A DNA stretch of 64,000 bases from a virus: the IMG/VR virus record IMGVR_UViG_3300036715_003363, one strand, 5' to 3'. Shown piece by piece: positions 35,004-45,232 of this stretch; the first letter of the stretch is position 1, and each line of letters starts with the position of its first letter. A model generated the notes under the pieces. The model was not told where the DNA came from and did no database searches. It saw only the letters and a program-made list of their open reading frames with translations. Position numbers and translations under genes: made by a program.

Positions 35004-38000
35004 ATGTCTATTGATGCACAGTTTACAGTCTCACCGGCCACTGGGGATGTATATGGTACCCCCTTTGTATTTACTAATACAACTACTGGTGATATTAAGA
35101 ACATTGTATGGGATTACGGTGATGGAAATATAGAATACGGAACTCAAAATCCGACGCACATATATAATTTTCCTGGAAAATACGCCGTAAGTCTATCAGC
35201 GTTTGATCAAATCGGTAATATCTCAACATATCAAACATTTCTTTCAGCAGATTATGTTTATAGAGATTATATTAACTTTGCGCAGTACCCAAGCGACTTT
35301 TCAATTCCAGGAGAAACTACATCGCAACCATTTGTAATTTCTGTTGTATCAGCGCAAATTGATCAGCCACTATATGTGCAGCTGTTTGCTTGTAATTCAC
35401 CGTCACAGCCAGAGATATTTTCACAAAATAAATGGAACTTTTTAACTCCTACATGGAACTTTGTAGATAAAAATGGAAGTAAGACAGATCAGCTTCTAAT
35501 TGATACTGTAAACCTATATAATTCACTCGGCAATGTGGTAGGCCTTTCTGGTACAGGGATGTTTTATTTTAAAGATGACGTCAGCATTGGAAATCCAGTT
35601 AACAACTGCCCTCTTATACTCGTTGCAACACTACAGACATCAGCTTTTCACGTTCCCACTGAAACAAATATATACAAATATCCAAGTTACAGTAACACCA
35701 CAGTGTCGCGTGCAGCTCTTGCTTGGCAAATTTACGACTACAGACCTGATTATCTACGAGTAACAGGAAATTACATTGACGACATATCTAAAAATAAGTG
35801 GCAGGGAGTAAAAATTCCTGTAATGATTACAGGTCACACTGATAAAAGCAAAAGATACACAGGAGTTACGTCTACAAGCAGCGGAATACTGTTTAATTAC
35901 CCGTCATCAAATGCAGCTGGTATTCTTAACCCTGTAACACTAACATTACAAACAAATACGATACCTAATCTATCTGCTTCAATTGACGAAGCACCTTTAT
36001 ATTTTCAGCAAACAGATATTAACGGTTACGACTCAGGTGGATATATATTTACAACAGTAACGCCGCTTGCAACTGCAAATAATGTTACAATTACTGCAAG
36101 TCTTAGTACAGATGAAAACGCGCAGGTAGATGAGTGGGAATTTCCGTATCCTGCAGGATACGGAGCATCACCAACCGGATGGATTTCAAATCCTGAAAAT
36201 AAAAGCATTGTAAAAGTGATTTCAATACCATATCCAGATAATTGCACTACAATCAATTACTATAAGCAAAATGGAACTCTTATTGATACAAGAATGACAC
36301 CAGTTGATACTCCAATTGGAATGGGAAGCACTTTTAACTATCAAACATCCGGGTATTCCGGTGTGTATAGTATGTCTGTATTCCCCGGCGACAATAGTGT
36401 CATTGCAACTGATGCAGAGCTTGATACATTATACAAATTTTCAAGTGTTGGAAATTTAATTTCAAGCGTCTCGCTTTCAAGTGTAACATTGCTTTTACCT
36501 CTTACGGCAGGAGCAACCCCAGCATATGCAAGCGTTGATCTCGAAGGGAGTATATGGGTTACGTTATATAACAGTGTATCAGTTTTAAAGTTTGACAACA
36601 ATTTTAATTTATTAACTGTCGCATGCCCAACAGGAATACCAATTGGGCCACTATCTTTCGATGACGATATTTTAAAGCCGGCCGCTGTTGAAACTGATTC
36701 GAATAATAATGCATGGGTAACATACACCCACCCACTTTGCAGTCTATTAGTAAAATACGATACCGCTGGCAACACTCTACTTGAAATTAGTCTCGGAGAA
36801 TATTCATCACCCGTTGGTCTTGCAGTAAATAAAAAGAATCAGGTTTGGGTTGCAAATACATACAGCACATATTCTTCAGGAGGAAGTATAAACCTGTTTG
36901 ACACAAACGGCGTCCTTCTAAGCACAGTTACAGGATTTTCAAGACCTGGATACATGACACTTGACAACAAAAATAATTTGTGGTTTACTCATGGTGTAAG
37001 AAATATTGCATATGTTGACCGAGTAACAGGTGCGTTGTCATCATGGTATATACAACAAATACCTGATGGTGAAAATACAGCAAATACATTTAGATCGTTT
37101 AATGACTCAACAACAAATTCAATAAATTATCCGTATCTTGATCCTGCATTTGCAGCCTCACAAGATGAAGAAATTGGTGGATTAGCATCTGATTGCTATA
37201 ATAGGCTGTGGGTTATAGATTCTGTTTCAAACAACACATATATTCTTTCGGCAACACCGTCATTTACTCTCGGCACAGTAAAATATTTTAAAGTTCAGCC
37301 GTGGACAAGCGTTGGTTATATAAACGATCAGTACAATACATTTACATATGCAATTACTGCACCAGGGATGAAGTCAGCGCAAGCAGTAGGCGACTGGACA
37401 GGAAATAAGTGGTTTCAAAAATATGCAAATTTTTCGGGAGTAATATCAGGTGTTTCTGTTCCGTTTAATATTAGTAGTTTTGATAATCCGTCTACATTTA
37501 GAACAGTGAATGAAAGTTTTGATACTGCAGGATATTATAAAAGTCTTGCTCTACCTGAAAATCTACAGCAAAACACAAATTTGTTTGATTCGTTTCTTGC
37601 AGCAATTGCAGGTACTGGTGAGCCAGATCAATATGAAGATATTGGACAAAAAATATATGAAAGAATTGCAAACTTCTTACAAAATCACAACGATGTTGAT
37701 ACTTGCAATATTGCACAGCTAATATCTCTTGCAGAATCTGTAGGTATTACTGTAAATAATTTTTGTGATGTGTATCCTGCTGAAATTTTAAGACTTATTA
37801 ATATTGCATCAATACCTCGGGCAAAACTCTGGGGACTTCAAGATTTAACGCCTGTCGCGACACAAACACTATATCAAAGTAGAAACAGCCAACTCAATAC
37901 ACAGACTGATTATGTTACGGCTGGTTCACAAATATATCTACAGAGCATATTTGATCAAAATATGGTACTGACAACTGTTCCGCAAATTCCAGAATACAGT

Positions 38001-38243
38001 GCAATATATCCTCTGTCATCATATCCTTCATATGGCTTAATTCCCCCAGTAACAATAAATTATAAGTTTTATAATTATAAACCTGTTTTCAGTGGCGAAT
38101 TTATTGAGAGTATTGTTGATTGGAACAGCCCTTATACTACAGTTAATATGAATTTATCAACATCTGATAATATCTATAATGACGGCGGTCTTATAGAAAC
38201 AATGTTTAACTACCTATTAACAAAGAATATAGTTGATAAATAA
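35004..38243 (+). CDS. baseplate/virion protein: PKD domain + beta-propeller repeats + gp7-like C-terminus
   Basis: WDYGDG..NPTHIY..PGKY.VSL (PKD); repeats D..N.AWVT, N..QVWVA, D..NNLWFT; C-term DVDTCNIAQLISLA. Confidence 0.55.
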   Translation: MSIDAQFTVSPATGDVYGTPFVFTNTTTGDIKNIVWDYGDGNIEYGTQNPTHIYNFPGKYAVSLSAFDQIGNISTYQTFLSADYVYRDYINFAQYPSDFSIPGETTSQPFVISVVSAQIDQPLYVQLFACNSPSQPEIFSQNKWNFLTPTWNFVDKNGSKTDQLLIDTVNLYNSLGNVVGLSGTGMFYFKDDVSIGNPVNNCPLILVATLQTSAFHVPTETNIYKYPSYSNTTVSRAALAWQIYDYRPDYLRVTGNYIDDISKNKWQGVKIPVMITGHTDKSKRYTGVTSTSSGILFNYPSSNAAGILNPVTLTLQTNTIPNLSASIDEAPLYFQQTDINGYDSGGYIFTTVTPLATANNVTITASLSTDENAQVDEWEFPYPAGYGASPTGWISNPENKSIVKVISIPYPDNCTTINYYKQNGTLIDTRMTPVDTPIGMGSTFNYQTSGYSGVYSMSVFPGDNSVIATDAELDTLYKFSSVGNLISSVSLSSVTLLLPLTAGATPAYASVDLEGSIWVTLYNSVSVLKFDNNFNLLTVACPTGIPIGPLSFDDDILKPAAVETDSNNNAWVTYTHPLCSLLVKYDTAGNTLLEISLGEYSSPVGLAVNKKNQVWVANTYSTYSSGGSINLFDTNGVLLSTVTGFSRPGYMTLDNKNNLWFTHGVRNIAYVDRVTGALSSWYIQQIPDGENTANTFRSFNDSTTNSINYPYLDPAFAASQDEEIGGLASDCYNRLWVIDSVSNNTYILSATPSFTLGTVKYFKVQPWTSVGYINDQYNTFTYAITAPGMKSAQAVGDWTGNKWFQKYANFSGVISGVSVPFNISSFDNPSTFRTVNESFDTAGYYKSLALPENLQQNTNLFDSFLAAIAGTGEPDQYEDIGQKIYERIANFLQNHNDVDTCNIAQLISLAESVGITVNNFCDVYPAEILRLINIASIPRAKLWGLQDLTPVATQTLYQSRNSQLNTQTDYVTAGSQIYLQSIFDQNMVLTTVPQIPEYSAIYPLSSYPSYGLIPPVTINYKFYNYKPVFSGEFIESIVDWNSPYTTVNMNLSTSDNIYNDGGLIETMFNYLLTKNIVDK

Positions 38244-38248
38244 TAGTA

Positions 38249-41200
38249 GTGGAAACAACAACTCTCCAACAGCTAGATAAATACGCGTCTCCTCGTAGTG
38301 CATCAAGTGCAGATAGTAGTGCACCATTTTCTTTTCAGCTGTGGTATTCATCACATCAAGGAGTTATCCCAGGCCAAGAGTATAAACAGTACGGTGAATA
38401 CCTTGTAAGATGGTATAGAGATGCAAATATTGAAAATAGTAGTAGAGTTAATAGAATTAAATTAAACTATTTCACGCTGTTAAATCAACTACAACTCTTT
38501 ATTCCGAGACAGGACCTTGAAGAGTGGTACAATCAGGTTAATATAAATGATGAAAAAGAGCTTCTTCTTTCAATTCCTTACTATGCAAAAAAGCTAAGAG
38601 ATATTGCGTTATACTATCAGCAAGTTAGAGAAAGCATTAAAAAAGCTAAACTTCAATACAATTTAGTGGGAACAAGCACTAGCATGCATCAAGGTATCAT
38701 TAGTGATATATTGAGTCAGTTTACACAGCAAGGAATAACAAATATAAGTGTTCCTGCATCTGTCTGGAACACAATTCCGTCATTAAGTGCAGTCAAGGAC
38801 ACAATTAATATTCAAATTGAAGAATTGTATGATTTTCAAAATTATCTCGGACAGAGTCCAACAGTTTCAGCTAGTGAATACTTTGATCTAACAGACCAGC
38901 AAACAAACGACTTTTTTGCGAGTCGTGGTCTTGCATTAAGTTCCTCAAACTGGTTGTATTCCACAGGTAATCTAGATCTTAGCATATCAACTGGCAACTC
39001 CAATATTGACGCACTACAAAATATATTAACCAGAAAGCTTATTGGTGAAAATAAGTATAATTCTTCAGCTCTTTTACTATCATCAAATTCTGAACATTTT
39101 ACTATTGCAATTAAAGCTGGAAATAACTTTTTTTATTGGCCTAGTGGTTCATATGAATCTATTGCAAGCACGAGAAAAGAATTTACACCTGTTCGAGTTA
39201 ATGAAGCAGGTATAACAGGTGCGCGCGCCGGACAAACTCTTCAAACCGCAGATACGATAATAGTAAAATCTGATAGCGGAATCGAAGGAGCGTGGTTTCG
39301 CTATATACCATATAGCGAATCAAACAATATAATGAGTGCAGCATTTAATGCAAACTCAAGAACATCATTTCGTTTTCCTTTCCCTGGATTCGGTCTATCA
39401 GGAGAAGATATTGATTGGACTGGTTATGGATTATCATCAACAAAATCATTTGAGTATCTCGATCCAGAATACAAACAAGCAGTTGAAAATGTTTACTGGA
39501 ATACAGCAACACTCAGTTCAACTACAACGCCAATAAAAATAAATGATACAACTCTTGCTATCAGTAAATCAAATGCAAGCCAGCAATACGAATTGGCTGA
39601 TAAAATAACAGTCTGGAGTAAGCCGCCCGCATATAATTCAAGTGCATACTCAGGAATCAGTCAAAAAGCATGGTTGTATAAAATGCTCAATACAGACATT
39701 CCTATTGCAGCAAACGCTCCAAATATTATTGTATGGCCGTATCAAAGGGTTGATATCGCCGCTCCATTCCCATCAAATATTCCAACTGATTATTCTGCAT
39801 GCAATCCAGTTGCATTAACGAGCGTATATATTGGCGGAGGAGTAGCATCAGATACAATTGATAATGCTGATAAAATATATAAGCTTGTAAACTACACAGA
39901 TACAATTGATAGTGCAGTTGAGTGTGCATGGCTTTCGGGCAGTACATTTATTACATCATCTTTGTCAGGGGTCAATCAGCCTGGATTGAGTATGGTATTG
40001 CCATCAGGACTAGTAACACGTTTTGTGTGGCAGGGTAGAAATAATGCGACACCAGGTGAATTATTTCCTTCAATCAATCACGCAAACGACTGCACCTATA
40101 CTCTTACCGCCAGTTCAACATATATTAATAGTGACATCTGCACCTGTCGATCAGTTCAGTTCTCTCCCTTTGGTCAGCCAGGAACTAGTTTTACTGATAA
40201 TAACAAGCTCACAGATTTTATTGCTCTTGATACACAGTCGCCAAAAAACTTTGATTTAAACACATGGGTTGGATCAGACGGAAGTCAATACACAAGCAGT
40301 AGAGACTTTACATGGTTTCAAACAAACACAAATATTGGATGGGGTGATGGAAGCTGGAATAATAACAATTTTGTATTACAGCAAGGAAAATCATATGTTT
40401 ATAGTAGAGCTAACGCAACAAACGTTAATACACCTCTACCAGACTTAATTGTAAGATATTCCTATTCTAACAATACAACACAGTGGATAAAATCCGTTCA
40501 GCAAAACGATAACTCATGGTCATCAGCTGACACACCTTCAGACATGGTGTTTAACTGTAATGACATTTTAAACTTTACTACAGTTGGTGCAACAGAATTT
40601 GATTCGTACAATCTTACGAACACACAAACAACTATTACAAATAACATTACGAGTATTTGGTCAGATTACGATTATGTAAGTATACATCAACAAGTGTTGG
40701 TGACATATCCATATACGACGTACACTGATGTCACAGCTTTAAACAGTCCAGATGCGTACGACCAATATCCAAGTGTTAACACAAGTATGATACAGCAGTA
40801 TACTGCGTGGTCACTAAAATCTCCCACTGGAAACACACTGTATTTTTACAACACACCAAGCTTTTCTTTTGCTCCTACTCTTACAGGATTATACACAATT
40901 GCACTGACTGCATTAACTGCAGGAGCAACACCAAGTCTGTCAGGTCTATATTATTTTAGTAATATTCCACCAATTACAGCAGTAAATCCAGTAACGCTGA
41001 CGGTTGGAGTGACATCAAATAATATAACAGTGCCAGGTTATGTGCTTAACACACCTCTTAAAGGATGGGGATATAATTCAGGTATCTTTGATAAAAACCT
41101 AACAGATGCACAGCCTGGAGCAAAACCTTTCTGGGCATTAGCATATAGCGCAAAATCAGCAAATACTAAATTTGGTGGTATTGACAGTTGGGGATCACCT

Positions 41201-42934
41201 CAAAAAATTGTCGACGGTCATAATATTGTAACTCAACCAGATATAAGCAACATTACGCTAAATGGAGGTGAATACTTTGAGTATGACAGACAATACCCAT
41301 CAACAATTACATGGAATCAGCCAATTACTGTTCAAACAGCAGTAAATGACAAAGAATGGTGTACTCTTCAAATATCAACAACAGGTATCGCGGCGCTATC
41401 AAAAGATATCAAGAATATTCAGACTGATCTTGAAGTTATTCCTCTCAATACAAGGTCATCTCTCGCTATTAGCAATTATGTTAACAATAAACCCGTTCAA
41501 GTTTATTATACTGCAGCATCTCCGTTTACGTGGAATATAACCGCGGTTCCTCTTGTGAGCGCTCTAATATTTCCAGTGACATCAATAACACCAACTATTG
41601 AAGCACTCAATCCGTGGAGTAATATAACAAATAGATTCTATCCAACAATTGCAACGACTCCATTTCTAGGCTCTCTTTCAAGTGAAAATCAATTTGGAGG
41701 ATTTTTCGCACCAAAATACCTCGGTGCTTCATTCTTTATTGATAAAGACTACACAATTACAACATCCGCATCAGGGTCCGCTCTCTCAGGTCTATTTGAA
41801 GATCCCGCTATTCACGTTGGTGGACGCGAATTAACAAAACAAGATCAATTAACACCATTTACAGTGTCAATTGAAAATAACGTGTGGATGAAAGAGCCTA
41901 TTTTATCAGGTCCTGCAGCTGGTAGTGTTAGAAAATCGGTTGCAAAAAAATATCAAAAATTTATTCCGTATCAGTCAAACTATGAAACAAATAGTCTCAA
42001 TCAGATGGGATTAATTACACCAACAAGCAGACAAACTCCTTGGGGCGGAGCAGATGACCAGCAATGGAGTGATCCACAAAATCAGCCAATGAGTTTTGCA
42101 GGAGTAGTTAGCGTTGACACATGGGGAGATTCTCAAGTATTAAAAGAGTATAGTAAACAGCTTGATAGTTGGGCGACAGATATTTTTGGTAACCAATACG
42201 GGCTATATAAAAATCTGAGCGGAGTTTCTGTAACTAGTAGACACGATATACCTGGGGATATATGGACCAGAAAAAATTCACAGATGGTAGATCCTGGATT
42301 TATATCACTATCCGGAGTGTTTAATACATACTCCAACACGTTTTTATACCCTCAACTTACCGGATCAGGAGTTAATAAGTTAGAAGTATTTTTTGACACT
42401 CTATATATTGAAACATCGAGTGCAATTTTCTTTGAAAAAATTGAGTACGACTATGAAACAGGCGAAATATATAGTGTTGCAGATAATGCGCGCTATATAT
42501 CTCTCGTAATGCCAGTCACCCCAACACTGAGTAGAGAGTTTAACGCGATTAGTTATGATACATTTAATCAACAGTATTCAAGCATTGCTCTTCCTGGTGA
42601 AACTTGGTTCTTTCCTCAGAAAAAGCAGGTTATTACGAGTGTGTGTGGATGCTCAGCGTTTAATATCAGTCCAGAACTATACAAAATTGATATCAACACA
42701 CATCAATTCAGCAAAGTGTTTCCAATAACACAAAGTGACACAAGCACAATTGCATTACTAACATCACTATCAGCAACACAAATTTCAAGACCAGTGTTGT
42801 CATACAATAATACAAGCAAAGAATATATATTTACAATTGACACTATTAGTGTACAACAGAAAAAGTCAATTATTGAAATTATAATTCAAGATTTGCCGGT
42901 GTTTACTATCAAAACAATCAAGGTATGGAGCTAA
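38249..42934 (+). CDS. large virion structural protein (baseplate/fibre-associated)
   Basis: 1561 aa, S/T/N-rich beta-type composition, TAAATA 6 nt upstream, within baseplate operon. Confidence 0.55.
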   Translation: METTTLQQLDKYASPRSASSADSSAPFSFQLWYSSHQGVIPGQEYKQYGEYLVRWYRDANIENSSRVNRIKLNYFTLLNQLQLFIPRQDLEEWYNQVNINDEKELLLSIPYYAKKLRDIALYYQQVRESIKKAKLQYNLVGTSTSMHQGIISDILSQFTQQGITNISVPASVWNTIPSLSAVKDTINIQIEELYDFQNYLGQSPTVSASEYFDLTDQQTNDFFASRGLALSSSNWLYSTGNLDLSISTGNSNIDALQNILTRKLIGENKYNSSALLLSSNSEHFTIAIKAGNNFFYWPSGSYESIASTRKEFTPVRVNEAGITGARAGQTLQTADTIIVKSDSGIEGAWFRYIPYSESNNIMSAAFNANSRTSFRFPFPGFGLSGEDIDWTGYGLSSTKSFEYLDPEYKQAVENVYWNTATLSSTTTPIKINDTTLAISKSNASQQYELADKITVWSKPPAYNSSAYSGISQKAWLYKMLNTDIPIAANAPNIIVWPYQRVDIAAPFPSNIPTDYSACNPVALTSVYIGGGVASDTIDNADKIYKLVNYTDTIDSAVECAWLSGSTFITSSLSGVNQPGLSMVLPSGLVTRFVWQGRNNATPGELFPSINHANDCTYTLTASSTYINSDICTCRSVQFSPFGQPGTSFTDNNKLTDFIALDTQSPKNFDLNTWVGSDGSQYTSSRDFTWFQTNTNIGWGDGSWNNNNFVLQQGKSYVYSRANATNVNTPLPDLIVRYSYSNNTTQWIKSVQQNDNSWSSADTPSDMVFNCNDILNFTTVGATEFDSYNLTNTQTTITNNITSIWSDYDYVSIHQQVLVTYPYTTYTDVTALNSPDAYDQYPSVNTSMIQQYTAWSLKSPTGNTLYFYNTPSFSFAPTLTGLYTIALTALTAGATPSLSGLYYFSNIPPITAVNPVTLTVGVTSNNITVPGYVLNTPLKGWGYNSGIFDKNLTDAQPGAKPFWALAYSAKSANTKFGGIDSWGSPQKIVDGHNIVTQPDISNITLNGGEYFEYDRQYPSTITWNQPITVQTAVNDKEWCTLQISTTGIAALSKDIKNIQTDLEVIPLNTRSSLAISNYVNNKPVQVYYTAASPFTWNITAVPLVSALIFPVTSITPTIEALNPWSNITNRFYPTIATTPFLGSLSSENQFGGFFAPKYLGASFFIDKDYTITTSASGSALSGLFEDPAIHVGGRELTKQDQLTPFTVSIENNVWMKEPILSGPAAGSVRKSVAKKYQKFIPYQSNYETNSLNQMGLITPTSRQTPWGGADDQQWSDPQNQPMSFAGVVSVDTWGDSQVLKEYSKQLDSWATDIFGNQYGLYKNLSGVSVTSRHDIPGDIWTRKNSQMVDPGFISLSGVFNTYSNTFLYPQLTGSGVNKLEVFFDTLYIETSSAIFFEKIEYDYETGEIYSVADNARYISLVMPVTPTLSREFNAISYDTFNQQYSSIALPGETWFFPQKKQVITSVCGCSAFNISPELYKIDINTHQFSKVFPITQSDTSTIALLTSLSATQISRPVLSYNNTSKEYIFTIDTISVQQKKSIIEIIIQDLPVFTIKTIKVWS

Positions 42935-42971
42935 AGCTTGTTTCTTTTGCAGCTTATGATAAATAACATAC

Positions 42972-44867
42972 ATGATAAATACTTCCGGCTCTTATAATAC
43001 GACAGGATCAGGTGGATCATCCGGGCCTACTAATTCAAGTGCCTACCCGCAGACGAGCCTATTAGGGGCATTTATATCTCGCCTCCCATATGCATACAGT
43101 ATTGTGGACAGCATGATTCAAAGGAACCCAAAGTTTTATGATTTTAAGGGTGTTGCTCCAAAAAGACAAGAATTAATTCAAAATCAGTCAGTATTTTTAA
43201 CAGATCCAACGACTAATCAATATGGAGACGGTTCAGCTCCTGGAAATATTGTAATTAACAAAGATTATCAGGCGTTTATCTATGCTAATATTGATAAAGA
43301 CAAGACTCGCCGTCTTCTAGACTATAGAAGAATGGCAGCCTACGCTGAATTAGCTGATTGTTTGGATGAAATCGCTGATGAATGTGTGGTAAAAGACGAA
43401 AATGATGATATTGCGACGTTCCAATGCCGCGGAGAGTGGACAAAAGAAGTAAAAGATTTACTTCAAAAAGAATTTAAAAAGTTTATTGTTATTTTTAACC
43501 TTGAAGATGACGGATGGGAATATTTTAGGCAGTTTCTCGTTGACGGAGAGCTATATTTTGAAAATATTATTGACAAAAACAAGACACATCTTGGAATTAT
43601 CGGTATTATTCAAATGCCAGCTGAGATGGTTAACCCTGTTTACTCAAATGTTCAAAATGAGCTTGTAAAAGGCTTCCTTCTTCGTAAACCAGCAACTGAA
43701 GCTGCAACATCTAACAACAGGAAAGATCAAGAAGATCTGTTTTTTATGGAAAAAGCGCAGGTGACGTACGTTCACTCAGGCACTTGGAATGAATTCAAGA
43801 CAATTCGTCTTCCATATATTGAAAATGCAAAAAGAGCATATCGTCAGCTCTCTCTTATTGAAGATTCAATCGTTATTTACAGGCTTGTTCGTGCACCTGA
43901 ACGCCTTAAATTTACTATTTACACAGGAACTATGCCGACGCCTAAAGCTGAAGCGTATGTAAAGCGTATGATGCAAAGTTTCTGGTCTAAAAAGAATTAC
44001 GATACATCTCAAGGACAGCAAGGAAGAATTACAAACATATATGACACTCAATCCATGCGTGATGCCTATTGGTTTGCGCAAGATGCACAGGGTAAAGGGC
44101 ATAATGTTGAATTAATGCCAGGAGGACAAAATCTCGGACAGCTAGATGACCTAAATTACTTCCTCAAAAAGCTATATAACAGTTTAAAAATACCAATAAG
44201 TCGTTTTCTCGTGTCAGATGCGTCGTTTACTGATGGAAACGAGATTACTCGTGATGAATTACGTTTTGCTCGCTTCGTTATTCGTATTCAGCGTCAGTTT
44301 GCGACAAGCATTCGTGAAACGTTTATTGCTCACCTAAAACTTAAGGGTTATTGGGATCAATATAAGCTTAAAGAGCGTGCAATGAATGTGGAGCTTAATA
44401 TTCCTACATCATTCATGGCAATGCGTGAGCAGCAGCTGCTTGATATCAAGTTTGACAACTTTTTAAAGATTACAGGCAACCAATCTGTATCAACATCATA
44501 CGCTCAGAAGTATTATCTCGGTCTAAACGACGATCTTATGAAAGAAAATCGTGAATGGCTCAAGAAAGACGCAGCTCTTACTTGGGAATTGTCACAAATT
44601 CAGAGTTCCGGTCCTAATTTTAGAGAGCAATTAGCTGCGCAAGGAGCAGCACAAGGCGATGGCGCCGAGATACCAGGAATGGCGGGAGGAGGCGGCGGAT
44701 CATCAGGTGACGGACCTGAAATACCTAACTTCGGAGGCGGATCAACAGTTCCCGGCGAAGAAGGCGAACCTCTCGGCGAACCTCCTAGTGAACCTCCTGG
44801 TGAACCTGCAGGCGGTGTCGGTGGCGATACAACTGCTCAAATGTCAGGTCCTCCGGGATCAGCGTAA
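42972..44867 (+). CDS. gp20: portal protein
   Basis: YRRMA...E...LDEI.DE, FRQFLVDG, YIENAKRAYRQL.LIEDSIVIYRL.RAPER..F.I..G.MP..KAE.Y, D..YF.KKLY.SL.IP.SR, EITRDEL.F. Confidence 0.97.
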   Translation: MINTSGSYNTTGSGGSSGPTNSSAYPQTSLLGAFISRLPYAYSIVDSMIQRNPKFYDFKGVAPKRQELIQNQSVFLTDPTTNQYGDGSAPGNIVINKDYQAFIYANIDKDKTRRLLDYRRMAAYAELADCLDEIADECVVKDENDDIATFQCRGEWTKEVKDLLQKEFKKFIVIFNLEDDGWEYFRQFLVDGELYFENIIDKNKTHLGIIGIIQMPAEMVNPVYSNVQNELVKGFLLRKPATEAATSNNRKDQEDLFFMEKAQVTYVHSGTWNEFKTIRLPYIENAKRAYRQLSLIEDSIVIYRLVRAPERLKFTIYTGTMPTPKAEAYVKRMMQSFWSKKNYDTSQGQQGRITNIYDTQSMRDAYWFAQDAQGKGHNVELMPGGQNLGQLDDLNYFLKKLYNSLKIPISRFLVSDASFTDGNEITRDELRFARFVIRIQRQFATSIRETFIAHLKLKGYWDQYKLKERAMNVELNIPTSFMAMREQQLLDIKFDNFLKITGNQSVSTSYAQKYYLGLNDDLMKENREWLKKDAALTWELSQIQSSGPNFREQLAAQGAAQGDGAEIPGMAGGGGGSSGDGPEIPNFGGGSTVPGEEGEPLGEPPSEPPGEPAGGVGGDTTAQMSGPPGSA

Positions 44868-44887
44868 CAAAAAGATTAAATAATATC

Positions 44888-45232
44888 ATGCTCACGTATG
44901 ATATTCCTGCTCACCTCCGCGGAGACACATGGAGTGGTATCAGCTCAATTGTTATTCAAACAGGAGGAGTACCAGTAGATTTAACAAACGCTATTATCAT
45001 CATGCAGGTCAGAGAAGAGGTCGACTCCCCTGTTGTGCTTGAGCTATCAACGACTAACGGCGCAGTGCAAATTGCTAACGATCCAACAATAGGCACCTTT
45101 TCATTTCTTCCGTTAATTGTAGATATTCCTTTTGATTCTTATATATACGACATTCAAATTACTCTTCAAACCGGATACGTAAAAACATATCTTACAGGAT
45201 CTTGGGAAATATTGCCAGATATAACTAATTAA
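44888..45232 (+). CDS. stand-alone fibre adaptor domain (BppU N-terminal-like)
   Basis: RGDT..., DLTNA.I.MQVR, Y.YDIQIT...G..KTYL.G; paralogous to N-term of 49678 ORF. Confidence 0.55.
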   Translation: MLTYDIPAHLRGDTWSGISSIVIQTGGVPVDLTNAIIIMQVREEVDSPVVLELSTTNGAVQIANDPTIGTFSFLPLIVDIPFDSYIYDIQITLQTGYVKTYLTGSWEILPDITN

